Source: Armatimonadota bacterium
GTDB taxonomy: Bacteria > Armatimonadota > HRBIN16
Direction: 5' to 3'
NCBI GenBank assembly: GCA_963677485.1
Contig: OY781964.1
Coordinates: 5,088,001-5,152,000, forward strand
DNA length: 64,000 nucleotides
Below, piece by piece: positions 17,339 to 26,594 of this stretch. Under the pieces are notes generated by a model that saw nothing but the letters and a program-made list of their open reading frames with translations, was not told the DNA's origin and ran no database searches. How positions within the stretch are numbered: position 1 is the first letter of the stretch; every line of letters starts with the position of its first letter. Made by a program: the position numbers and the translations under genes.

Positions 17339-18910
17339 GTGGCTCACCTCTTTCGCAAACCTTTGACGATAATCGATACGCTCACCAGCCGCTGGTTAAG
17401 AATCAACGAAGCATGGTATGAGTTCTTCACGTTGGAAAAACGTGTAAGCATTTTCACATCGATTGTCACACTCATCATAGGCCTTGTTGTCTATTTATGG
17501 TTCCGCCAACCTTTCACTGGAGCCATAGATATCACTCTGCTCATGCCTCTGTTCATCGCAAGTGTTATCGTCGTATTCAATGCAGGCTTATTGCTAGTAT
17601 TGCTGCTAATATTGTATGACACCCTGATATCATCTCTTGCGTCAAACATGTTAACAGTTTCTGCCTTCAGTTCGATGACTGTACCTTACCTCATCATCAT
17701 CGCCTCTGCGCTTTTCATGGTTGCCCGCTGCTTGTGTGTATCTTCCAATAATCGTGCATTACTACTCTCACCCATCACCAAAGGCTTGGCCTTCATGCTG
17801 TTCACGACTGTGTTTATCGGTTTAGTCTATCATGTAAAACTCGACAACCAATCGCCAAGTTCATTGGTAACTATGACCGCCTGGCTCTGTTATTTCATCG
17901 TCATAACCGGTATCACATCCAAATTCAGCCACGTAGCTCTGTCGGTGTCGATATTCGTCATCAGTGTGATAGTGGCTCTAGCAACAATAATACAAAGCTA
18001 TTTTGGTATCGATCATTATCTGTTCTTGAAACTAGCAGCACGCGACACCCGTATTGAACAACTTGACGGAATCACCCGCGTCATTCCACAAGGATATCTG
18101 CTGTTTTTCACGATGATTCATGTAAGCTGGCATATGTTTTTGACTACCGATTCCTTTATCAAACGATGGGGATGGGGTCTAGCGTTATGTATTTTCATCG
18201 GGGCTATGATCGTCACGATGTTCAGAAATATGTGGGTCATTGGCGGCATACTCATGGTCGTTCAGTTCATGATCGTGTCCACAAACCAGCGTATTCGCTC
18301 GATACCGTATTTATTAGGGATATCAATCGTACTTTTTGGCACTCTTTCGGTAGCGTTGTCCTCATCAGGCTCATTCAACCCAGTGCAAGCCATAGAAAAG
18401 CGCTTGTCGGAAACAAAGGACCTTAGTCTTGTAGACAGCAGCAGTAGCCTCGGAAGCCGGGTCGATGAGATCACACAGATAAGCGAAATGTGGGTAAGCA
18501 GCCCCCTGGTAGGTATCGGCTGGGGCAAGGGTTACCAGTCCCGTGGGGAGGTGGATCCTTTGTTTGCCACCTTTAAGATCACCCAGAGCTTCTACATCCA
18601 CAACACCTTGTGGTGGTTCCTTGGCAAGAGTGGAATACTAGGGCTCATCGGCCTATTGACCTTTTGGACTATGTCGCTACTCAGGTGCTGGCATATAGCT
18701 AAGACAACAAAACACGTATACACGAAAAATCTTGTGACTGCCTTGGGTTTTGCTTTTGCATCAATCTGCATCTCTTCTATGTTCCATCCCTATTTTTCGG
18801 CTGGACCTGACTTGATCCTACCGATCGCGTTATTATTGGGATTTGTAGAGATTCAGAACTTGATGACGAAAGACATTGACACTGAGACGTCGGCAAAGAT
18901 AGCGGCCTAA
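17339..18910 (+). CDS. O-antigen ligase / Wzy-type polymerase membrane protein
   Basis: Polytopic with a large loop: SLGSR..SSPLVGIGWG..HNTLWWFLGKSGILGL (Wzy_C pattern). Confidence 0.8.
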   Translation: MAHLFRKPLTIIDTLTSRWLRINEAWYEFFTLEKRVSIFTSIVTLIIGLVVYLWFRQPFTGAIDITLLMPLFIASVIVVFNAGLLLVLLLILYDTLISSLASNMLTVSAFSSMTVPYLIIIASALFMVARCLCVSSNNRALLLSPITKGLAFMLFTTVFIGLVYHVKLDNQSPSSLVTMTAWLCYFIVITGITSKFSHVALSVSIFVISVIVALATIIQSYFGIDHYLFLKLAARDTRIEQLDGITRVIPQGYLLFFTMIHVSWHMFLTTDSFIKRWGWGLALCIFIGAMIVTMFRNMWVIGGILMVVQFMIVSTNQRIRSIPYLLGISIVLFGTLSVALSSSGSFNPVQAIEKRLSETKDLSLVDSSSSLGSRVDEITQISEMWVSSPLVGIGWGKGYQSRGEVDPLFATFKITQSFYIHNTLWWFLGKSGILGLIGLLTFWTMSLLRCWHIAKTTKHVYTKNLVTALGFAFASICISSMFHPYFSAGPDLILPIALLLGFVEIQNLMTKDIDTETSAKIAA

Positions 18911-18918
18911 AAATACAA

Positions 18919-18994
18919 TGGTGAGCCGGCAGGGACTCGAACCCTGGACCCACGCCTTAAAAGGGCGTTGCTCTACCAACTGAGCTACCGGCTC
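18919..18994 (-). tRNA. tRNA-Lys(TTT)
   Basis: Reverse complement GAGCCGGTAGCTCAGTTGGTAGAGCAACGCC-CTTTTAA-GGCGTGGGTCCAGGGTTCGAGTCCCTGCCGGCTCACCA; 76 nt ending in CCA. Confidence 0.97.
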
Positions 18995-19035
18995 ACAAAA
19001 GAAATTATACCAAACGGGAGCTTCTACTGCAACTG

Positions 19036-21003
19036 ATGCGACTTCACCACGTTCTCACAGTCATCGCCGCATTGATTATCGGCACGACTGCATGCCTTCC
19101 GACCCTAAGCCAATCGCAACCGAAGCATCCAAAATCTGTAGTCGTATTATGCAACTTCGAGCTGGCCGATATACCTCAGCGATATGTGTCACATTTGCAT
19201 CTTGCCTATATTATGAGCCGAACCGCTTCACCCACTAACTGGGCTGGAGACTACAACTCATTCCCTGAACTCTGGACCAAAAGCGCGTTACTCACCATCA
19301 ACTCTGGCAACAGGTTGAGTACTGTCGCAAAGAGAATCATCACAGCCGACGACATCAAGCGGGGAAATGCGCGCCTTATCTATACGTGGCGTCTTGGAGT
19401 GCTGGCGGATTCAATATCCAAATCAGGATCATCACTCACTACCTGGGATATCCACCCTAAACAGACTGCATCATTGTTAGCACTAGGTTCTAATAGCACA
19501 CACTACTCTCTTCCAGCCTCTACGACTTCCCACGACGCCTTGGAGCAAGCGATCACCAATTCGAAACCCGGCTTGGTCGTGTTTTCACCGCGAAATGCCG
19601 ACCGCCATCACTGGACTGAACTGCTCCCTCAACTAGAAGATGCGCTCCGCACTAAGGCCATAGACAGCTATGTGCTTTTGCGGCCCGTAGGGTCGGTATC
19701 TGACGGTGATATAGGTGTAGGTGCTGGAATAGTCGCCGTGCGCTATTCAGGCGCGAATTCGGGGCTTCTGCACTCACGTGCTACTAAGATCACCGGCTAT
19801 GTCACACTGTCAGATATCACTGCCCTGTTTTGCCACCTTGCGGGAGCAAAAGCTCACGATCCAACCTATACGGGCTTGGTACCTCAACCCGTCAGTACAC
19901 CCTACTCAATTCAAAAGCTGGGACGACTGCATGGCAATATGTCGGGCCAACATGAGTGGGAGCGTCTTATAGGCAATCTACCAAGCCTGCAGTTTGCCAT
20001 GCTATTATGTGCCATCATATGCTCAGCATTAGGATTTCATACGGCCAAGCGGTTGCTATCAATATGGCCATATTCGATTCCCCTGCTTGGCCTAACTGTG
20101 GGCTCAGCCTGCATCATGGGACACTGGCCTATTTGGGTCGGAGCACTCATATGGGTTGTACTTACTGTGTTGATGATCGCTTGGAGCATGCGCTGCAGTT
20201 CCCTGAGCTTCTCCACCCAATGCAGCATATTCGTGATTACACTCATCACAGTCGCATTGGCCATCTGGCCCGACTTGATGCGTTGGACCGGATTTGGATA
20301 CAGCCCGCAAGAGGGATCCAGATACTACGGGATAGGCAATGAACTAGAGGGACTGACCACCGGGGCGGTCGCCATCATCGCATATCGATACCCCAAAATC
20401 GCAGTCGCTATGATGGTCATCTGGATTGGTATTTCAGGAATGCCTTCACTTGGAGCCGACGTCGGTGCAGTATTAGGAACTGCTGCCATGATGGCAGCAT
20501 ATATCTTTCTACACCAGTGGTCTAAAGGGCACAAGCGGTTGGCAATTGGTGGGGTCAGCATGATGTGCATACTAGTGGTGCTGATTGCCGCATTTTCCTA
20601 TTTCATAGCACCCGATTCGCATATCGGCGAGTTTCTGCACGATCCGTCAAGCTGGGCTATGACTTTCACACGTAAGTGGGCTATGAATATGAAGCTGCTG
20701 CAGTATAGCCCCTGGTCGCTATTGATGTGGATATCGCTCGCGTTGATGTTGGGGCTTCCGATTTGGATGTGGGCAGGCGTATTAGCCCTTTTCTTCCTCA
20801 ACGACTCCGGTGTGATTGCTGCAGCCACCATGGCGAGCTGGCTAGGAGTCTGGCATCTAAATGATCAGACAGTTAAGGGGCCTATATCCCGGTGGGGTGA
20901 TTTAGGAATACGACTTCGAGATGCATTAGCGCAGCAAGTAGATTTCCAAGGGCACGCACACCGAAAGTCTCAGTCTGATAATGTCCGCCTAAAAGAAGAC
21001 TGA
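19036..21003 (+). CDS. Uncharacterised membrane protein (extracytoplasmic N-domain + multi-TM C-domain)
   Basis: Signal peptide. Motifs RYYGIGNE, LGADVG, SHIG, NDSG. 3' end overlaps the convergent Nif3 gene. Confidence 0.75.
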   Translation: MRLHHVLTVIAALIIGTTACLPTLSQSQPKHPKSVVVLCNFELADIPQRYVSHLHLAYIMSRTASPTNWAGDYNSFPELWTKSALLTINSGNRLSTVAKRIITADDIKRGNARLIYTWRLGVLADSISKSGSSLTTWDIHPKQTASLLALGSNSTHYSLPASTTSHDALEQAITNSKPGLVVFSPRNADRHHWTELLPQLEDALRTKAIDSYVLLRPVGSVSDGDIGVGAGIVAVRYSGANSGLLHSRATKITGYVTLSDITALFCHLAGAKAHDPTYTGLVPQPVSTPYSIQKLGRLHGNMSGQHEWERLIGNLPSLQFAMLLCAIICSALGFHTAKRLLSIWPYSIPLLGLTVGSACIMGHWPIWVGALIWVVLTVLMIAWSMRCSSLSFSTQCSIFVITLITVALAIWPDLMRWTGFGYSPQEGSRYYGIGNELEGLTTGAVAIIAYRYPKIAVAMMVIWIGISGMPSLGADVGAVLGTAAMMAAYIFLHQWSKGHKRLAIGGVSMMCILVVLIAAFSYFIAPDSHIGEFLHDPSSWAMTFTRKWAMNMKLLQYSPWSLLMWISLALMLGLPIWMWAGVLALFFLNDSGVIAAATMASWLGVWHLNDQTVKGPISRWGDLGIRLRDALAQQVDFQGHAHRKSQSDNVRLKED

Positions 21004-21634
21004 CACCTAACTCCTCAGCATCCAGTGCCTGATGATGCGCGGCCTCACCGGTCAATAGTGCCTGGCAGCCCTTCAGGCGGGCTTCCGTCAGTGCATCTGC
21101 GCCTCCACCAGAACATATCGCCAGCCTGCTGACTGCCAGGCCATTATCGGCATGAACAGTCACAGGCAGCCCCATCGCCGACAACCTGGCGGTCAAGTCA
21201 ACCATAGAGAGTTCTGGAACCTCAACAATCACTCCTATTTTGGTACCCGCGTATTCATAAAGCTCTTCCGCTATTGGGAAACCTAATGCACGGCCAATCT
21301 GCACATTGTTGCCTACCTCAGGGTGCCGGTCAAGTGGTAAATGAACGGCATAAATGTTCATGTCGTTCTTTATCACCGGGATCAAGCGTCGTGCTGAACG
21401 ATCGGTGATAGGAATAGTATTTGACCAGAATACTCCGTGGTGAACCAGCAGCATATCAGCTTTAGCCTCAATAGCTTGCCGAACTGTGGCCTCGCAGAAG
21501 TCAACAGCCACGGCCACACGATGAATGTTTTGCTTACCTTCAATCTGAAGGCCATTAAACGCATTGGGGTAATCACCGACACTGTCTATTGCTAGATAGT
21601 CGTTGAGCCAGCTTACCAGTTCATCCCTGATCAT
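20882..21634 (-). CDS. Nif3/YbgI-like dinuclear metal centre protein
   Basis: NGLQIEG, LVHHGVFW, HLPLDRHPEVGNN, LTGE, GHYQTETFG. Confidence 0.93.
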   Translation of the reverse strand: MIRDELVSWLNDYLAIDSVGDYPNAFNGLQIEGKQNIHRVAVAVDFCEATVRQAIEAKADMLLVHHGVFWSNTIPITDRSARRLIPVIKNDMNIYAVHLPLDRHPEVGNNVQIGRALGFPIAEELYEYAGTKIGVIVEVPELSMVDLTARLSAMGLPVTVHADNGLAVSRLAICSGGGADALTEARLKGCQALLTGEAAHHQALDAEELGVSLLLGGHYQTETFGVRALGNLLAALMHLEVVFLNHPTGI

Positions 21635-23423
21635 TCGGTGTCAGCCCTCCATCAGATTGCAACAGTAGCGCGTAGATCATCACACACGCCATGATGATCA
21701 CAGCAGGCACGATGCCAGAGTCATTAAATACCAAAGCAGGGACACTTGCGAAACCGCCGATTTGAACCCAACCAAGATACTGCGACGCTCGTTCTGGTGT
21801 GGTGTGCTGCCGCATCCTGTGGGTGCTGTACCACAGCACTATGACAAATCCCGCAATACTGAGCATACCAAAAGGCATTGTCACGATTTGTATAAATAGA
21901 TGCAGTTTGCTCGTAAACATGGTGACTATGGCGTTCTGACCGAGCAGTGAAGCCCGAATGGCCGCTTCGCCCATGTGGGTAGGAGAAGGCATCATACTGT
22001 CAATAAGCATCGGCCACGGAACCATAATCAAGGCGGAGGCGAGTCCTGCTGCCAGCGCCAATCCGTAGCCGATCTTCCGTTTATAAATGGTTTGACCAAA
22101 TAAACTGAGCGAAATTATAGCAGCCACACAAGTAGCGAAACCGCCCAGGTTCGCTCCCCACGCTCCTGCAGCAAATATAACCGCCAGCAACGCCAGCAGT
22201 ATGGTGGCCATGCGCTTATCACCGGACAAGGATATCATCATCAGGCACCCACCGACTAGAATGCCCATGAACTCATTTCCGACCCCATATAGGCGGATAC
22301 CCGTCAAAACATAACTGCTGATAACCGATGTGAATACCCATTCATATCCCAGCAGAGCCGCGACGGACACGTAACAGATCGTAAGTAGCATCACCAGCCT
22401 GACCGCAGCCCAGGCTTTTAACCTCACGGCGACACAACACAACACCCCCCCGAGTAAACATGAAGCCAACAGCAACAAGCCAGACCGGTCTCCTTGATAC
22501 AAACCCGTGACGATCCAGCGCCCAAGTTCGCAGGTCGCCAGCGGCAACATGGCTAGACCTGCAGCGAAAACCGCCCTTGGCTTCCCCAACCCCCTGATTG
22601 TCGTGGATTTAGCTAAACAACTCCCGATCAACAAGATGCAGGCGATAGCCGCCACCACTCCAACCCATACGATCAAATACTCATTAACGGTGCATAGTCG
22701 GATGATCCGTTCACACCGGCTACGTGAGGTCACAGCATCTGCTGGAACCACAGACCATCGATGGGCCAGGCGTTCTGGAGTAATGCCTAACAGGGACAAC
22801 ACCGAGCCACGAATATCCGTATCACGCAAGACACCGATATTACGGCTGGTAGAAGATGTCAGTAGCCCCGATGTCCGCCCTCCGATATACGCCAGCGACA
22901 ATATGGATGATCCGGTTTTGGGACCGCATATCACGACCATCGAATCCCCATTGGAATGCAAATAACTCATGACCGATGTCACTGCACGACGATCATTTCC
23001 GGCAAATACAAACAGTCTTGTTGGGTGCGCTTGAGGGCTCTCCCCCCATAGCCTGGACTTTTCTGTGAATAGCCAACCGATACCGGCCTTCTCTAAAAGT
23101 TGGGGGGTGGGCTCTACGACAAGCTTCGCCATCTGGTCTCGGTATTTTTGTGGATCACTGCCCGATAGACCACGCAGGCCGCTATACAATACACCTTCCA
23201 ACCAAACCATGTCATGGTTACGTGGTGTCGACATGATCGCCATTCCAGTTTTCCATCCGTGCTGCTCTGCATACTGAACAACCGGATAGACATCGGATAG
23301 TTTCTCGCTATAAATCCTAACAACGACAACACGACCATCAGATGCTACGGGAGCACCAAATGACCGTGTTTGAAATAACGTCGCTGCCATCAATATGACG
23401 GCGATGACTGAGGCTACGCGCAA
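21621..23423 (-). CDS. Uncharacterised membrane protein, paralogue of 19036-21003
   Basis: Signal peptide. Motifs RLYGVGNE, WGANLGG, THMG, NDSG. Confidence 0.75.
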   Translation of the reverse strand: MRVASVIAVILMAATLFQTRSFGAPVASDGRVVVVRIYSEKLSDVYPVVQYAEQHGWKTGMAIMSTPRNHDMVWLEGVLYSGLRGLSGSDPQKYRDQMAKLVVEPTPQLLEKAGIGWLFTEKSRLWGESPQAHPTRLFVFAGNDRRAVTSVMSYLHSNGDSMVVICGPKTGSSILSLAYIGGRTSGLLTSSTSRNIGVLRDTDIRGSVLSLLGITPERLAHRWSVVPADAVTSRSRCERIIRLCTVNEYLIVWVGVVAAIACILLIGSCLAKSTTIRGLGKPRAVFAAGLAMLPLATCELGRWIVTGLYQGDRSGLLLLASCLLGGVLCCVAVRLKAWAAVRLVMLLTICYVSVAALLGYEWVFTSVISSYVLTGIRLYGVGNEFMGILVGGCLMMISLSGDKRMATILLALLAVIFAAGAWGANLGGFATCVAAIISLSLFGQTIYKRKIGYGLALAAGLASALIMVPWPMLIDSMMPSPTHMGEAAIRASLLGQNAIVTMFTSKLHLFIQIVTMPFGMLSIAGFVIVLWYSTHRMRQHTTPERASQYLGWVQIGGFASVPALVFNDSGIVPAVIIMACVMIYALLLQSDGGLTPNDQG

Positions 23424-24271
23424 AGCATAGTGCCTACGCCGCCGACGGTAAATACCTCACCCAATATGGCATGGGGCACACGTCCATCAATGATGTGGGC
23501 ACTCTTGACCCCGCCTTCCAAGGCGATGATGCAGCTTTGTAACTTAGGCCCCATTCCACTGCCGGCTTGTCCTGAATCCACGATCTGCTTTGCTTCGGCC
23601 AAACTCATCTGAGAAACCAGTGTTGAGGGGTCATCTTTATCTTGGTAATAGCCAGCCACATCGGTCATAGTGATCAGCTTTTCTGCATGTAAAGCTGCTG
23701 CTATCGCTCCAGCGGCGTGATCAGCGTTAACGTTGTAGCTGTTTCCGTCTAATCCTATCGCGACCGAAGAAACCACAGGTAGATAGCCCGCATTCGTTAA
23801 CACAGTCAAGACCTCTGGGTTCACCTTGGTCACTTCGCCAACAAATCCAATATCTGTGCCATCAGGTGACAGTTTTTCGGCAATCAGTAGATTACCGTCT
23901 TTCCCACTCAGGCCCACCGCTTTACCACCGGCGGCATGTACTAAAGAAACAATACCCTTATTGGTGGTACCGGCTAATACCATCTCCACCACTTCCATCG
24001 TCGCGGCATCGGTGATTCGCAATCCTTTAGCAAATCGCGGTTCTATACCGATCTGCCTCAGTTTCTCCGAAACCTCCTTGCCGCCTCCATGAACAAGCAC
24101 GATGTTGACGCCTACAGTCAAGAGTAAGACTATGTCCTGCATCACCATGGCCTTTAGATTGTCATCAACCATGGCAGCTCCACCGTATTTCACGACGAAG
24201 GTCTTACCCTGCCACTGTTTGATATAGGGAAGTGCCTCTGTCAGCACTGTCACATCCATCATTGATATCAA
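23414..24271 (-). CDS. argB: Acetylglutamate kinase
   Basis: EALPYI..VVKYGGAAM, VHGGG, GLRITD, NVNAD, TDVAG, GMGPK. Confidence 0.97.
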   Translation of the reverse strand: MISMMDVTVLTEALPYIKQWQGKTFVVKYGGAAMVDDNLKAMVMQDIVLLLTVGVNIVLVHGGGKEVSEKLRQIGIEPRFAKGLRITDAATMEVVEMVLAGTTNKGIVSLVHAAGGKAVGLSGKDGNLLIAEKLSPDGTDIGFVGEVTKVNPEVLTVLTNAGYLPVVSSVAIGLDGNSYNVNADHAAGAIAAALHAEKLITMTDVAGYYQDKDDPSTLVSQMSLAEAKQIVDSGQAGSGMGPKLQSCIIALEGGVKSAHIIDGRVPHAILGEVFTVGGVGTMLCA

Positions 24272-24312
24272 TATCCTTGTCTGTTGTATTTACGAATGCA
24301 TCTATCTGTAAT

Positions 24313-25479
24313 CTATCTGTCGATCTTGGTTTTCCATATGGCCTTGCGTATCGCCGTTACCGCATCACTTGCTAAAAGGATCGGGGACTTACTGTTTAGC
24401 GCCTCATCTTCAGGAGTAAACACTAAGACTTTGCGTTCTGCAATGTATACACTTTTCTTGTCTGTGCCCACCACCACATCCTGCACCCGGGTATTATCTG
24501 TCAGGCTCATATCCATGGCATCTTGTGCCTTCTTCACTCGGTCTGTGCCAGGTTCGCCTTCTCTGTCGGCCAGTTTTGCTACAGGAGCACCGTCAATCAA
24601 AAGAGTACTTACTTTGCGACCAGCGACATCATCCTCTTTTACCGTGACACCAAGCACAGTGGCAACATCCCTTCGATTAACCGGGATATTGTTCTTCTCA
24701 AACAGGACCAGCATCTTGCGAGCTCGTTCCTGCGATGGCGGGTGAGTTTCCATGATACCCCAGTTCACACTGGGCCTCCGCATCTCATCGCTGGCCAACC
24801 TGCTCATAAAGCTGTAAAGACCGACAGGATTATACCCTGACTTCATCATATAGTAGACCGCCGCATTATCAGCATCGACTTCAGCCTCAACGCTATATTT
24901 GCTCTCTATTGAAGTTTCATAAGCATTGACACCAGTGAGCAGGCCACGAGCAGCATCCACATTTTTACTCATCATGGCGGCGGCCGCTAACACCTGCACC
25001 AAACCGGATATACCACGGGTTTCGTGGTTGATTTGGTTCATGATGTATACCCTGTGATGGTGGGCGGCATGGCCAAGTTCGTGAGCCATGACACCAGCAA
25101 GTTCATGGTCAGACTGGCACGCCGCAATCAGCCCTTTGTTGACGTAGATAAATCCACCAGGCAGCGAAAATGCGTTAATGTCGGGGGAATCTACTACTTT
25201 GAAGGTATAGTTGAATTGGCTTAATCTATTGATGCCCCAGATAGCGGGAATGTTGATGGAGTTGACAACCACAGCCAGTTTAGCCCCAATGCGATTGACC
25301 CGGTCTACTTCTTCGCCCGATTTAATGAGCTTCAGGTCCTTGTCAATCTGCACAGACGCATCCTGACCCAGCTTGATCTCATTCGTATCTTCTTTGGCCG
25401 GATCCAACGCAGCGAATGAGACTGACGTCAGGCTGACTGTGATCAGCATGTATATCGAAAGTAGTCTGAGTAACTTCAT
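24313..25479 (-). CDS. Secreted M48 metallopeptidase (BepA/YfgC-like)
   Basis: Signal peptide. INAFSLPGG, HELGH (HExxH), EVDAD, THP. Confidence 0.9.
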   Translation of the reverse strand: MKLLRLLSIYMLITVSLTSVSFAALDPAKEDTNEIKLGQDASVQIDKDLKLIKSGEEVDRVNRIGAKLAVVVNSINIPAIWGINRLSQFNYTFKVVDSPDINAFSLPGGFIYVNKGLIAACQSDHELAGVMAHELGHAAHHHRVYIMNQINHETRGISGLVQVLAAAAMMSKNVDAARGLLTGVNAYETSIESKYSVEAEVDADNAAVYYMMKSGYNPVGLYSFMSRLASDEMRRPSVNWGIMETHPPSQERARKMLVLFEKNNIPVNRRDVATVLGVTVKEDDVAGRKVSTLLIDGAPVAKLADREGEPGTDRVKKAQDAMDMSLTDNTRVQDVVVGTDKKSVYIAERKVLVFTPEDEALNSKSPILLASDAVTAIRKAIWKTKIDR

Positions 25480-25547
25480 GTTTATGTACCTATTAATCAG
25501 ACTACCAAACAGCCCGCACCGTTACCAGTACAGGAGGCTCACCGCAG

Positions 25548-26189
25548 CTATATCTGACGATCAAGGCTTCGGATCAGCCCAACTACCTTACCGATGATTG
25601 TCGCCTCTTCTATCGGCACTTCCTGAACACTGTATCGCTCGTTAGCCGGGATCAGCCTGAGCACGCCTTCACCCAGTTTCACGCGTTTAATCGTGGCCTC
25701 ATCATTTACCAACACTGCGGCAATATCATTTTCCGACACTGTTGACTGAGTTCGAATCACCACATAGTCATTGGGCATGATATGGGCATCAATCATGCTA
25801 TCGCCTTGAACCCGTAAGATAAATGGGTTGTCGATATTACGAACCATCTCTATAGGAAGCGGGATATATGATTCAATATTCTGTGAAGCGTATATGGGAG
25901 CACCGGCGGCGATCTCACCCACTAATGGCACTAAAGCAACCGTATCATTGATATCTTGAAGATCCTGGAAATCGGGATGGATGACCTTGATGCTGCGGCT
26001 TTTGTGCTCACGCTCAATGTAGCCTTTGCGTTGCAATGCATCAAGATGGACAGTGACCCCTCGCAGACTAGAAATGTCGAAGGCATCGCCAATTTCACGG
26101 ATTGTGGGCGGATAGCCGTTTTCGCGAACTTTCTTCACTATGTAGCGTAGAATGCTTTCCTGTTTGTCGGTCAGTCCACGTGTCATCAT
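25548..26189 (-). CDS. lexA: SOS repressor LexA
   Basis: LTDKQ..GYPPTIREI winged helix, AAG cleavage site, GDSM (catalytic Ser), ATIK (catalytic Lys). ATG at 26189 with a GAGG RBS; the longer 269-aa call runs into repeat DNA. Confidence 0.96.
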   Translation of the reverse strand: MMTRGLTDKQESILRYIVKKVRENGYPPTIREIGDAFDISSLRGVTVHLDALQRKGYIEREHKSRSIKVIHPDFQDLQDINDTVALVPLVGEIAAGAPIYASQNIESYIPLPIEMVRNIDNPFILRVQGDSMIDAHIMPNDYVVIRTQSTVSENDIAAVLVNDEATIKRVKLGEGVLRLIPANERYSVQEVPIEEATIIGKVVGLIRSLDRQI

Positions 26190-26217
26190 ACGACCTCTCA
26201 TGTCTGTTGATATTACG

Positions 26218-26261
26218 ATTATACACCAATATAGTTCTACATTACAACACTTATTTAGTGT
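26218..26261 (-). promoter_or_regulatory. lexA sigma70-type promoter with candidate autoregulatory palindromes
   Basis: Minus-strand TTGTAA-N18-TATAAT. ACACT-N5-AGTGT at 26247-26261 and ACAC-N7-GTTC at 26223-26237. Confidence 0.5.
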
Positions 26262-26373
26262 GAAGATGTATACATTTTTGGGAAGGAGACGGGAGTCAGG
26301 AGTCAGGAGGCAGGAGAGGAGGAGAATCAGCGCTTTTGAGTTCAAGGCAGCCCGCATTGTTATTGATACGGTC

Positions 26374-26456
26374 GTAGGGGCGCCCCTTGTGGGCGCCCTA
26401 ATCGTTGCTCATTCGATAGTTCTGGTTTTTATGGCGCCCACAAGGGACGCCCCTAC
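26374..26456. repeat. Inverted pair of GTAG-type REP sequences (REPIN/BIME-like)
   Basis: GTAGGGGCGCCCCTTGTGGGCGCCC at 26374-26398 and its reverse complement with one mismatch at 26433-26456. Confidence 0.85.
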
Positions 26457-26594
26457 GGCCAGTTGCTTATAAGGAGGCAAGGAGGAGAGAGACGCCATGA
26501 TTTATTGGGTATCCGTATTTTATGAATACTGGCCTCTGCTATCGTTGCCATTAAGTATATTTCGTAAACCAACCCCCTCCTGACTCCATCTTGA

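Noticed and set aside
26190-26357. N-terminal extension of the 269-aa LexA ORF
   Set aside because: It translates promoter and repeat DNA; a proper RBS precedes the ATG at 26189.
26281-26460. Possible CRISPR array
   Set aside because: The repeats are inverted or short heptamers, with no regular repeat-spacer periodicity and no cas genes.
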